Shown here: piece by piece, positions 20,123 through 29,665 of the stretch
How positions within the stretch are numbered: position 1 is the stretch's first letter
Layout: each line of letters starts with the position of its first letter
Sequence record: PV472050.1
Length of the DNA stretch: 64,000 nt
Direction: 5' to 3' (one strand)
Program-made: the position numbers and the translations under genes
The notes under the pieces: generated by a model
What the model was told of the DNA's origin: nothing
The model's database searches: none
Seen by the model: the letters and a program-made list of their open reading frames with translations, nothing else

Positions 20123-20689
20123 ATGTTACTGTTCAATGTGAAGGAGATGACGAATGGTATCCTCATGCCATCTGAATTGTCTCGGGTAGAACGAGAGACC
20201 ATTATTAAGGACTTGATTGAAACGGCCTTGAGTATCTTCAATAATCCTTCTTTGTGTGACGGGATCCTGGATGACCTGTTGGAGCATTATGAGTTTAACG
20301 TAGGGATACTGAATACCGACCGTATCGTTCTGGATCTCGTAAAGGTCATTAAACACACCGCCCGTAAGCTGGGGTGGGACAGTCGTTTGAAGGCGAAGGT
20401 GGAATTCAAGCAGGTCGGGAGTGGGTATCATAAAGCCCGTATTGTAATGGATTTGGATGAAACCCTCCAAGCGTTGTCTTCGAATGTAACAGAACCGGTT
20501 CGCCTCAACGACGTTATTAGTGACCATCCAGAAGTCGAGATGCTCAATGAAATCATTTCACTACGATCTAGCAAAGCCCCAAGGAGAGTTCCGGTACTAC
20601 CAGATCGACGTCCAGTGGTTGTTAAAGGAAATCAGGAGTCAGGTTGGGTACCTGGTTACCGGGAGCATTACCGGAAAATCGGTTACTGA
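20123..20689 (+). CDS. hypothetical protein (188 aa)
   Basis: AAGGAG SD; 3' end overlaps the next gene. Confidence 0.7.
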   Translation: MLLFNVKEMTNGILMPSELSRVERETIIKDLIETALSIFNNPSLCDGILDDLLEHYEFNVGILNTDRIVLDLVKVIKHTARKLGWDSRLKAKVEFKQVGSGYHKARIVMDLDETLQALSSNVTEPVRLNDVISDHPEVEMLNEIISLRSSKAPRRVPVLPDRRPVVVKGNQESGWVPGYREHYRKIGY

Positions 20690-20978
20690 ACATTACGACG
20701 AAGTAGCCTTAGGGGTCCTACAGAAAGCCATTGATGAGTGTTTAGTCTTTAACCGCGGCTTTGAGTTGGAAGAGTCTCCTAACGTCTTTCCCCGTAGGCA
20801 AGCGGACAAGTACCTGTTACCAGACGATCGGAATGAGTTGGTGACTGATGCAGTAGCTCATTTAAGCCGTTTAATAACCCTCCACAGCCCCTATACCGCA
20901 CTTAGTCACCCGGTGGTGTACCGGGTGCTGCCGAATGGCAATCTCTTAGTTGGGATCGATAAGAGGGATTTATTATGA
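20547..20978 (+). CDS. hypothetical protein (143 aa)
   Basis: ATG 20547; stop overlaps the next start (ATGA). Confidence 0.65.
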   Translation: MKSFHYDLAKPQGEFRYYQIDVQWLLKEIRSQVGYLVTGSITGKSVTEHYDEVALGVLQKAIDECLVFNRGFELEESPNVFPRRQADKYLLPDDRNELVTDAVAHLSRLITLHSPYTALSHPVVYRVLPNGNLLVGIDKRDLL

Positions 20979-21334
20979 TTACGAAAACCATTCCCCTCGC
21001 GTTGGTGAACCGTTGTTTTACGAACGCTGGCTTAAAGCCTGAGCAGACCTATTCGGTGATAGCGACCCTGGTACATATCTGGCGAATGAATGATCATAAC
21101 GAGGGAATGACCCGAGAGTTGATTTTCAATGAATTGGAATTGGATGAACTGACCGCTCAAACCCTGTGGAACACTCTTCAACAGCCATTACTGGCGATTA
21201 GTCAGCAAATTCGTGAGTTAGCACTGGCTGGGCGATTGGTTAGCTGGAAAGTTCTCCCCCTCACCATTATCTTGGAGATAGAAGATGAAAACCTTGTCCC
21301 ACTCAGTACCTATACCCCCGTTGACCGATCATAA
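20975..21334 (+). CDS. hypothetical protein (119 aa)
   Basis: GAGGG SD; coupled start. Confidence 0.7.
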   Translation: MITKTIPLALVNRCFTNAGLKPEQTYSVIATLVHIWRMNDHNEGMTRELIFNELELDELTAQTLWNTLQQPLLAISQQIRELALAGRLVSWKVLPLTIILEIEDENLVPLSTYTPVDRS

Positions 21335-21608
21335 GGAATTCCTGGGGGCGTATAAAGCGTTGTTGAACGCTTTACAGATCCAAGAGAACATTCCTTTCCC
21401 GTTGTCTGCTGGCTTTACGCATCCGATTGAAAAAGAGAACCAGGCACTCACCACCCGTTTCTTTCACGATAAGAGCTTGTTCCAACAACTCAAGTTGAAC
21501 CATCCTTTGCTTCGGTTACTGGAAGTGAGGGTCCACAACCACATGGCCACCTTTATTTTCGGTTACCCAGAGATCGGTCAAGATGAAAAAGCGTTTCCTC
21601 CGAGTTGA
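21285..21608 (+). CDS. hypothetical protein (107 aa)
   Basis: GGAGA upstream; overlaps both neighbours. Confidence 0.65.
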   Translation: MKTLSHSVPIPPLTDHKEFLGAYKALLNALQIQENIPFPLSAGFTHPIEKENQALTTRFFHDKSLFQQLKLNHPLLRLLEVRVHNHMATFIFGYPEIGQDEKAFPPS

Positions 21609-21963
21609 TTATGAGCGGATAGCTGAATACGTGTTAGACCGTTCGTTGAAAACTGACGACCTGCTGGTGGATACACCATCGAATGTCATTGACTTGTACC
21701 TCACCCACGCCTTACTTGCTCGTCATTTAAAGCGCTTGGAAACCGCCCTCCAACCATTCAATAGGAACGGTGAATGGGGGTCTTCCCTGGAGATTGAGAG
21801 TGAAGACGAGGATCCCCAACTGACCGAAGTGTTGTTTTCCGATCAAGGGGAAGACATCGTCCACACCTTCCAGGTGAGCTTACGACCGTGTGCGGTGGTT
21901 CACCTTCAGGGTAGAGTCGTTGTGTTACCCCTGATCAAAATAGAAGTGCTTATACGAGGTTAA
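21583..21963 (+). CDS. hypothetical protein (126 aa)
   Basis: packed in the operon. Confidence 0.65.
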   Translation: MKKRFLRVDYERIAEYVLDRSLKTDDLLVDTPSNVIDLYLTHALLARHLKRLETALQPFNRNGEWGSSLEIESEDEDPQLTEVLFSDQGEDIVHTFQVSLRPCAVVHLQGRVVVLPLIKIEVLIRG

Positions 21964-21964
21964 T

Positions 21965-22387
21965 ATGGCAGTTACTCCCAGACTCAATGACATTGTGGAT
22001 TTCCAATTGGTACGTAATGGCATCCTTGGGGATGAACGGGTGGGGGTGTTGGTCATCTCAGCCTCTATGACGTACCAAGCGGCTAAGGCCATGGATCCTC
22101 AGATCAATGTAAAACACAGTAACCTGTTTCAATACTTCCAGAATAAAGTGGGTGGGGTAGACGATCCTTCCAAATACCCGTACTTCGCGGTACAGCTCAC
22201 CAATGGGCAATTTGAGGTCATTGGCGTCCCCTGGGTGAACGATGCGACCTTTAAGACTATCGAAGGGCGTATTCGCACCTACACGATCACCAATTACCAG
22301 GAATCCATGGCGGGGCCTATTGCCAACATGCTGCGTAACCTGGGTGCGAGTTATACCGTGCATGACACCACCACGACCAAGAATTAA
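21965..22387 (+). CDS. conserved phiKZ-like hypothetical protein (140 aa)
   Basis: GAGG SD; immediately upstream of the polymerase gene. Confidence 0.75.
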   Translation: MAVTPRLNDIVDFQLVRNGILGDERVGVLVISASMTYQAAKAMDPQINVKHSNLFQYFQNKVGGVDDPSKYPYFAVQLTNGQFEVIGVPWVNDATFKTIEGRIRTYTITNYQESMAGPIANMLRNLGASYTVHDTTTTKN

Positions 22388-22391
22388 TTCA

Positions 22392-22440
22392 CTACCACAT
22401 CCTCTATTTAAACGGGGGATGTGGTAGAACCTTTATTTTT
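22392..22440 (+). terminator. intrinsic terminator
   Basis: 11-bp stem CTACCACATCC/GGATGTGGTAG then T tract. Confidence 0.7.
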
Positions 22441-22488
22441 TCGTCCCGTGTCTTTTTTAATAGACGTTTTGAACAGAGAGAAAGTCGT

Positions 22489-24591
22489 ATGAATGTTCCA
22501 GCGACTCAAGAGACTGAACCTTATCAGTCACCCTTTATAGAGAAAACGTATGTAAGTAATCGTAACTTCCTGAAAGCGTACCACTACTTAGCGGCCCGTT
22601 ACCTCTCCATTGTGTACGGGTGGGACTATGAGAACCTGCTAGAGATTTGTGAGAAGGTCTTCGTACCGAACGAGAATGGGTTCAAAGAAGCCAAGTTCGG
22701 GGTCTTTAAGAAAGACAAGTACGGAGACCGTGTCCCGACGGTAATGGGAACCCGGGAGTTCTTTAACGCGGTCCGAGAGAACAACTGGCACCTCTCCCCA
22801 TCCTTGGTCGCGTATACCAATACAGAGGAAGAACAATCTGTTAACGCGGCGGGCACCGAAGAGTTTATTGAGTTCCGTCGGTTGTACAAAGGTAAGAAAC
22901 AAGCCGCTAAAGACGTTGGGGACGAGGAAGCGGAGAAGGCGTTCCATGAAATTCAGAATGCCTTAAAGATCTTTAATAATTCTCAATCCGGCGGGATGTC
23001 GTCATCCGGTACCCCTTTGTTCAATAAGTCCGGTCATACGACACTCACCAGCACCTGCCGAGCCCTCACCAGTACGGCTAACCTGATCAATGAACGGTTA
23101 ATTACCGGTAACCGCTTGTTGTTAACTTACAACAAGACGATGGAACTGTTCGTCAGTCAGCTCCAGTTCACCGACCGTGATTTAATCCAATCGGTGATTG
23201 ATGAGTACGGGATGACGTACGCCACGGTCGACCAGGTCATGGACATGGTGAGACGGTGTACCGCGTACTACTGGGATAACCCTGTTAAACTCAGGGCTAT
23301 TGAACAGTTCTTGAGGGATCTCACCCCCTTAGAACTGACCATTATCCTCTGTACCCAGGATTTGAGAGGGCTGTATACCACCAACCCAGACCTGATTAAA
23401 CGGTTCTTTAAGGAATGGTGCGATATCCCGGAGTTTCCGGAAGGGGTTAAGGAAGAGGATTATCCTAAACCCTTGAATGGGGATTATTACATCCTGTGTT
23501 TAACCAAGCTTGGGGAAAAGTCCAGTAAAGCCCAAATCAACTTCTTGAATGGTTATCACTTGGAGGTTGAGAAACGCTGGGGGAACTTCATTAGTGCGTT
23601 CCTCAAATCTTCTATCCCTCCCACCGACATTTACAGCGTCAAAGAGTTGGTTCGTGAAAACGTAATGACCTCTGATACAGACGCCTGTATTTACAGTGTG
23701 GATCAACTGATTCAAGAGTTCTCGACTGACCCTACGGTTTCGTTGAGGTTCAATGGCGTTCTAACCTTCTTCATTCGCAACATTGCGATCGACCAGCATG
23801 CTAAACTCAGTCGCAACATGAATGTGGCTAAGAAGTACGAGCGTCGGTTGAATATGAAGAATGAGTACTTGTATGCGTCGTATGTCACGACCTCCATGTC
23901 GAAACACTACTTCGCGTTGCAACTCATGGTGGAAGGGGTCTTGAATAAGAAACCGAAGTTGGATTTGAAGGGTGTTCACTTACGAGGGGTCAAGATTGCG
24001 GAATTGGTGAGGGAGTTCACCGGGAAACTCATGCGGAAAATCTTGAATGCACTGTACAGCCGTGAGAAGCTGGATGCACCTAAGATTTTGAGGGAGGTGG
24101 CTGACATCGAGCGTCAGCTGTTTGCCAACCTGGAAGAAGGGGGTTGGGCGTGGTTAGCGATTGAAGGGGTTAAGGACCCGTCGGCCTATACAGACCCAGA
24201 GAGTAACGAACGGTACATCAACCATTTGTTCTGGGACGAGGTATTGGCTCCTAAGTATGGAGATACCCCCCCATTCCCATATAAAGCCTACAAGATCAAC
24301 CTGACCTTAACCGGTAAGAAGAAACTGGAGGGTTTCTTTAACAGCATCGAGGACCCGAATTATAAAGCCCTGTTGATGGATCACCTTAAAGGACGAGATA
24401 AGCTGAGTTCCATCTATATCCCTACCGATCAGATTGATCAAATGGGTGGAATCCCTAAAGAGTTTATTCCGTTTATTGACAAACGCCAAATCGTTAGTCA
24501 TAACCTAAAATCCATTTATGCGATTCTAGAAGCGTTAGGACTCTTTATCTTAAATGCTAAGGTAACGAGGCTGGTTTCTGATGAACATTGA
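22489..24591 (+). CDS. family B DNA polymerase, subunit with palm motifs B and C (phiKZ gp50-like)
   Basis: LKIFNNSQSG (KxxxNSxYG-like) and SDTD; no exonuclease domain or motif A. Confidence 0.85.
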   Translation: MNVPATQETEPYQSPFIEKTYVSNRNFLKAYHYLAARYLSIVYGWDYENLLEICEKVFVPNENGFKEAKFGVFKKDKYGDRVPTVMGTREFFNAVRENNWHLSPSLVAYTNTEEEQSVNAAGTEEFIEFRRLYKGKKQAAKDVGDEEAEKAFHEIQNALKIFNNSQSGGMSSSGTPLFNKSGHTTLTSTCRALTSTANLINERLITGNRLLLTYNKTMELFVSQLQFTDRDLIQSVIDEYGMTYATVDQVMDMVRRCTAYYWDNPVKLRAIEQFLRDLTPLELTIILCTQDLRGLYTTNPDLIKRFFKEWCDIPEFPEGVKEEDYPKPLNGDYYILCLTKLGEKSSKAQINFLNGYHLEVEKRWGNFISAFLKSSIPPTDIYSVKELVRENVMTSDTDACIYSVDQLIQEFSTDPTVSLRFNGVLTFFIRNIAIDQHAKLSRNMNVAKKYERRLNMKNEYLYASYVTTSMSKHYFALQLMVEGVLNKKPKLDLKGVHLRGVKIAELVREFTGKLMRKILNALYSREKLDAPKILREVADIERQLFANLEEGGWAWLAIEGVKDPSAYTDPESNERYINHLFWDEVLAPKYGDTPPFPYKAYKINLTLTGKKKLEGFFNSIEDPNYKALLMDHLKGRDKLSSIYIPTDQIDQMGGIPKEFIPFIDKRQIVSHNLKSIYAILEALGLFILNAKVTRLVSDEH

Positions 24592-24636
24592 GGGTGGGTT
24601 TACGCTCAGAAACGAGGCGAATCAATAACACTGACA

Positions 24637-24680
24637 TACCGAGAGAGGAGGCCCTAAGCCTGCCTCTCTCGGTAGTTTTT
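24637..24680. terminator. bidirectional terminator
   Basis: 12-bp stem TACCGAGAGAGG/CCTCTCTCGGTA plus T tract, between convergent genes. Confidence 0.7.
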
Positions 24681-24746
24681 ATTTAACTTTTTCAATAAGC
24701 TTATTGGGTAAGTCAATTTCTTGACCTCCCACAAGATGGCAGCGTA

Positions 24747-25847
24747 CTATTTCTTGAGGTTAATACGGTTTAGCGTATTCAACTCGTCTGCCAGTTCCAA
24801 GAACCATCCTTTGAAGTACGATTCAGGGATACGTTGGTAGTTATTCACCCGTTTCAAATGACTTCGTTCCACCACACTGTTAATGTCAGCCGCGGGGTAA
24901 TTCCCGTGGTTGCAGATACTCAAGTAGGTGGAATACAGCTTCATTAAAGCCGGTTCCCAAACCCAACTGGTTTGCGTAAACAACGCGTTCTTACCCGCCG
25001 GAACGTAGTTGAAGTAGGGTTGTTTATAAATCGACTCAAGGGTAACGAGGAGGTGTTCCAGGTTAAAGAGTCTACGTCCTGTTAAGGCCTCTCCCAGGAA
25101 AGTCAGGTAGAGGTCCATTAGCCGTTGTTCACTGACCGTATTAAACACCACTTTGTCCGAGTTCATCACACTCTTCAGTGGTTGTTGGTGAACGAAGTGG
25201 TCGTAGAGGGTGTTAATGACCGTAAGTTGATTGTGAATCAACTGGGCGTTCGCTAAGGGGATCTGGGCAACAAAGGCCCGTATACCGGCATCCCGCTCGT
25301 AGTCCATTTGTTGGTACGCCCACCACGCAACAGCCAACTCCACCAGGTCCACCCCCATAATGGCCAGGTCATTGATCTGTCCGTTAACAGTCTTATCCCG
25401 GTTGAGGGGGTGGGAATAACTCCGTTCTGTAACCGTAGAACATAGCGGTACTACAGGACACATGGATACAAAGTCAATAGGAGCACTGTATTGCTTGGTA
25501 TTCTCGATCAGACACCAGTGTTCCCGGACACTATTCCGGTAGAACCCATTGGTGATTGCTTTACCCACATGACCCAACGAGGTAATATTAAACAACGTAC
25601 ATAATGAATACGCCCGGAACCTCGTATAACTGACCACGTAGGAGAGATCCCAATCCTTATTGATGCTTAACTGTTGAAGTAATCCTACCAGGACGTGTTC
25701 GTTCTCGGTATGGAACGGCTGTGCCCTGACATAGTGGAAAAAGGCTTTACGGTTAAACGCTGTTTGCCGTTGCAGGTTACCCAAGTCACCGAACCGTAAC
25801 CGGGGATAAACCGTGTTAGACGGTTTAGGGAATGACAAGGTTAGCAT
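24747..25847 (-). CDS. conserved phiKZ-like protein divergent from chimallin (366 aa)
   Basis: ATG 25847 (MLTLSFPKP); track start runs into the divergent promoter region. Confidence 0.65.
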   Translation of the reverse strand: MLTLSFPKPSNTVYPRLRFGDLGNLQRQTAFNRKAFFHYVRAQPFHTENEHVLVGLLQQLSINKDWDLSYVVSYTRFRAYSLCTLFNITSLGHVGKAITNGFYRNSVREHWCLIENTKQYSAPIDFVSMCPVVPLCSTVTERSYSHPLNRDKTVNGQINDLAIMGVDLVELAVAWWAYQQMDYERDAGIRAFVAQIPLANAQLIHNQLTVINTLYDHFVHQQPLKSVMNSDKVVFNTVSEQRLMDLYLTFLGEALTGRRLFNLEHLLVTLESIYKQPYFNYVPAGKNALFTQTSWVWEPALMKLYSTYLSICNHGNYPAADINSVVERSHLKRVNNYQRIPESYFKGWFLELADELNTLNRINLKK

Positions 25848-26004
25848 GTGAGTATTTTTCCAGTGATGAACTATTATATAGCACACCACGGTCTCCCGGT
25901 TCGTCCGGGAGTCGTTGGAGTGCAATTTCGAAAATGGTATGAGTTTGAACAAGTACCTATAGCATTTCAGCCTAAAAAGCCGGAATGTCACCAGGTGCTA
26001 GAAT

Positions 26005-26022
26005 TTTTCAAACCCATATTAC
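26005..26022 (+). promoter_or_regulatory. phage early-type promoter upstream of chimallin
   Basis: TTTTCAAACCCATATTAC; ends in the TATTAC core known from phiKZ early promoters. Confidence 0.65.
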
Positions 26023-26125
26023 CAGTGTGAATCGCCACAAGGATATTTGTGTGTGTAGGCAAACACTACGCGATTCCGCTATAGCGAAGCAAACCCTTTC
26101 TTAAGAAAACGATGGAGTTTACCCC

Positions 26126-28138
26126 ATGGCTGTGAATAAAGGTCGTTCGTCCGAATCCACCACTCCGGGCTCTTCCTGGACCGATGAAGAAGCCGGCGAC
26201 AACGGTTTGAGCGCCAGTGTACGTCAAGACACCACCGGTCTGTCGGGCCTCTTCAGCCTGACCTCGATGACTTCGGACAACCGCAATATGGTGGAAGTCT
26301 CCGAAGTCGCCAAGATCCTCAAGGAACGTTTCACCCGTATTGCAGAGGCTACCACTCCGGAAGCTCAACGCAACATCGTTCCGAACGTGGATGAAATGAC
26401 CGCCGGCATCTCCAGCATCCTCCCGGGCCTGGTGCTGCACAAAGTCATCAATAACAAGCTCTGGGTAATGGGTGTCCTGTTCTCCAACAAGGACCTGACC
26501 ATCTCCTCGGAGTCGATCCGTATCAACACCCTCAACGGTATCCAACAGCAAATCTCGGTACCGCTGACCCCGACCAACTACGCCAACGAAGCGGTCATGA
26601 AGAACCTGGTGTCTTACTACACCCGTGTGGCGGAACAGCAAGGCGCGAAAGGGGTTGAAGTCATCAACATGGTCGTGGTTGACCTGGAGATGCTGAACCA
26701 CCCGGAAGCCGGCGATCCCAAGGACCGTTCGGCCAAGCTGGCGGGTTACCTCACCAACCAGTGGGAAACCGGTGTTCTGGTCCGTGCGACCATCGAGATC
26801 GCCAGTGCTGGCGTTCCGCTCCCGTCTCCGTTCGCGGATCCGAAGCATCCCTTCGGTAAAGACGGTTGTGCGGAAGCGCGGGTTACTGCCATCCAGGAAC
26901 GTGTTACCAAGGCGTTCACCCTGAGCGCTGCGAACATGGAAGTGGTGGCAGCTACCATCACTGACCTCAACCGCAGCGGTGGTGTCTCTTCCCAGAACAA
27001 CAGCAAGGAGATCGCACGTGCTACGGCTATCGTCAGCCTCGCAGGTATCACCATGCAGGCTCACCAAGCCAACCTGGCTGCCAGTCGCGGTGCCGCTCAG
27101 CACAATGACCTGATCAATCAGTTCCTGAACCTGACCGGTGGTGTTTACCCGCACGGCTACCGTCCGCTGCATCCGGTGATCACCATGGAAACCGCGTACG
27201 CCGGTGAAATGATGAACTTCAACCAGGGTCTGTTCCCGTTCTTCTTCGGGCTGTACCTGCTGATGACCACCAACACCGACTACGTCTTCTCTGAAGCACT
27301 GCGTAAGGTGAGTGTGGGTCAACGGGGTAACCTGAGTGCACTGGAACCGCGTATCGACAGTCTGCTGGGTGGTGTGAACCCGCCGAACCGTCTGAAACTG
27401 AATGACAAAAACATCACGGATATCGATGTTGTTAACCAATGGATTCGTCAGAACGTTTCGCAACACGCGATCTTCCGTTCGAACATCGTCCTGAATGGTC
27501 CGGATTCCGCGATCAACAACTTCCTCAGCCGGCTGAGCCAGCAAAACCGTTCTAAGGAAGTGGGGATCGTGGTGTCGGTGATCGATGCGATGACCAAGAA
27601 CAAGTTCTCTCAGATCATCGAGCAGAACCGTTCGGCACGCACCGGTTGGACCCCGGAAAAACCGGTTCTGCACCGCACCCCGATCCTGGTGGTCAACGGC
27701 TTGGCTGAAGCGCCCAATGGTAAGAAACTGAATACCTTGGAAGTGGATGAAATGCTGCTGGGTCACTACAAAGGTGCGAACGGTGCTCAGGCGATGATGA
27801 ACTACCTGGCGGTCATGTACGGTGTGACCAACGAAGATCCCAAAGCTCGTTGCCAGAAACTCAACCTGGAGCTGAACCAATCGCTGTTCAACGGCGCGGT
27901 TCACATCAACAGCTACTCGCAAGCGGCGGTCTGGGACCCGAACTTCATGGCGGCCCTGGCGCAAGCTATGGAAAGCCTGGGTAGCATGAACGCAGCGAAC
28001 TCCGCGGCCAGCTTCCGTCCGAATCAGGCTGTTTATGTACCGGGTGCAGGTCTGGCTACTACCGCCTTTGCAGGTGGTAGTTCCCTGTCCAACCCGAACC
28101 TCATGAACGCCTTCCTGGGTGGTTTTGCGTTCGGCTGA
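26126..28138 (+). CDS. chmA: chimallin, major phage nuclear shell protein
   Basis: 670 aa, extreme codon bias, directly upstream of the nvRNAP beta' N-terminal gene as phiKZ gp54-gp55; flexible N- and C-terminal segments. Confidence 0.85.
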   Translation: MAVNKGRSSESTTPGSSWTDEEAGDNGLSASVRQDTTGLSGLFSLTSMTSDNRNMVEVSEVAKILKERFTRIAEATTPEAQRNIVPNVDEMTAGISSILPGLVLHKVINNKLWVMGVLFSNKDLTISSESIRINTLNGIQQQISVPLTPTNYANEAVMKNLVSYYTRVAEQQGAKGVEVINMVVVDLEMLNHPEAGDPKDRSAKLAGYLTNQWETGVLVRATIEIASAGVPLPSPFADPKHPFGKDGCAEARVTAIQERVTKAFTLSAANMEVVAATITDLNRSGGVSSQNNSKEIARATAIVSLAGITMQAHQANLAASRGAAQHNDLINQFLNLTGGVYPHGYRPLHPVITMETAYAGEMMNFNQGLFPFFFGLYLLMTTNTDYVFSEALRKVSVGQRGNLSALEPRIDSLLGGVNPPNRLKLNDKNITDIDVVNQWIRQNVSQHAIFRSNIVLNGPDSAINNFLSRLSQQNRSKEVGIVVSVIDAMTKNKFSQIIEQNRSARTGWTPEKPVLHRTPILVVNGLAEAPNGKKLNTLEVDEMLLGHYKGANGAQAMMNYLAVMYGVTNEDPKARCQKLNLELNQSLFNGAVHINSYSQAAVWDPNFMAALAQAMESLGSMNAANSAASFRPNQAVYVPGAGLATTAFAGGSSLSNPNLMNAFLGGFAFG

Positions 28139-28160
28139 TACGAGAGTGTGCTGAAACAGT

Positions 28161-28194
28161 AAAGGTTAGGGGGCTTTCGGGCTCCCTAACCTTT
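28161..28194 (+). terminator. terminator after chmA
   Basis: AAAGGTTAGGG/CCCTAACCTTT stem, T-rich downstream. Confidence 0.7.
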
Positions 28195-28225
28195 ATTCCG
28201 CTTTTGTCTTTTTGGAGTTTATTCG

Positions 28226-29665
28226 ATGGAATTACCTGAACTGACTCCGAGCCTTTCGTTGGCCATTAAACGGTTAACGGAATACAGTGAAGAAGTGCTG
28301 GATCCCCTTAAGGACTTTGTTGGCTACGCCAGTAAGCTTGACTTTTCCTTGGAGGACGATCCTCGGTTCTCGATGCCGGCTTATCCCGACTTTGAAGACT
28401 ACGACTACCTGCACGATACCAGCCGTCTTAAGCAGGTCTACCTGAATGACTTCGATTTCAATCTGGAAGAAGACCGAGAAGCCCTCAGTCGGTTAACCCG
28501 GATGGAGTTTGAGGGCAATTCGTTTGATACCGTTGCGCGGTGTTTGTGTAAGGACGGCAAGGGACTCCGGGGTAACTACCTCCTGGGTACCGAACGGGTA
28601 TGCCCACGGTGTGGGAGTAAAGCAGAACTCTTCTTGGATCAAGGGGAAGACACCCGGATCTGGCTCAAATGCCCCGAAGGGGTGAAGAAGTTCGTTAACA
28701 TCGGATTCTTTACGACCTTCTTTAACAATATCAGCATAGGGAACCCATCCCCCAAGATCAATGTACCGCGTTACTTCATTGATCCTCTGTATCGAACCAA
28801 GGTTAAGAAGCAACGGAATGGAACCCTCATTGCCATTAACCAGATGCTCGGTGACTTGGAGATCCACCATGTTGACCTGAACACGTTCTATGATCATTGT
28901 GATCGGATCATGGAATACATTCTGGTAGGTCCAGGGGAGCGCTGGTCGAAGTACCGGGGAGGGGAAGGTGCTGAGATCCTGGAACTGTATCATCGGTACA
29001 AACACATCGCGTTCTGTAATTACCTGAAGGTACCCAGTCGGTACTGCATGGTGCTGGAACGGGTGGGTAAAGAAGTACGGAGTTATGAGCATCAGCCTGA
29101 AACGGCCAAGCTTTATAACGCCATTGCGGATACCATGAAGTCTAGCAATTGTTATCAACTCACTGAAAAGGATTTGCAACGCAATGTAGACATTGTGGGT
29201 AAGAACTTGGTGGCGTTAGCTGATCAATTCAGGAGTGTCAATAACCCCAAAGCCGTGTTTAATAAACACGGGATCAACCGTAAGCATGTGTGTGCGGGAC
29301 CGGTGCCGTTAACGGGTCGGTCGGTGATTACCTCTCAAACGGGTATTATTAATCACTCCGAAGTGATTATGCCGTGGAAGATGGTCGTTACCATCCTAGA
29401 ACAACCCATTACGAACCACCTCTATCGGTTAGGGCATACCCCCCGGAGTGCCCGTAAGTTGATCTATAACGCGGCCTATCGGATCGTTCCAGAAATCGAT
29501 GCGTTCTTACGGCGTGCGGAGGAGAGTCGTAAAGTCCTGGTTCAAATGGGGCGTAACCCCTCGATTGAGTACCTCAGTCGACGCACCAATTACCTGCGGG
29601 TGAACCGGGATCTGGAAGATGAGAGTATTAAGATCCCCATTACTTCAGTCGGTCCTTACAATGCT
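28226..29665 (+). CDS. non-virion RNA polymerase beta' N-terminal subunit, exon 1 (phiKZ gp55-like)
   Basis: Zn-ribbon CPRCG, GRSVIT, GRNPS motifs; ends GPYNA, the first half of NADFDGD; 543 aa when spliced. Confidence 0.88.

Noticed and set aside
26066-27964. 632-aa minus-strand ORF
   Set aside because: Antisense shadow of chimallin; avoidance of TTA/CTA/TCA on the sense strand removes antisense stops.
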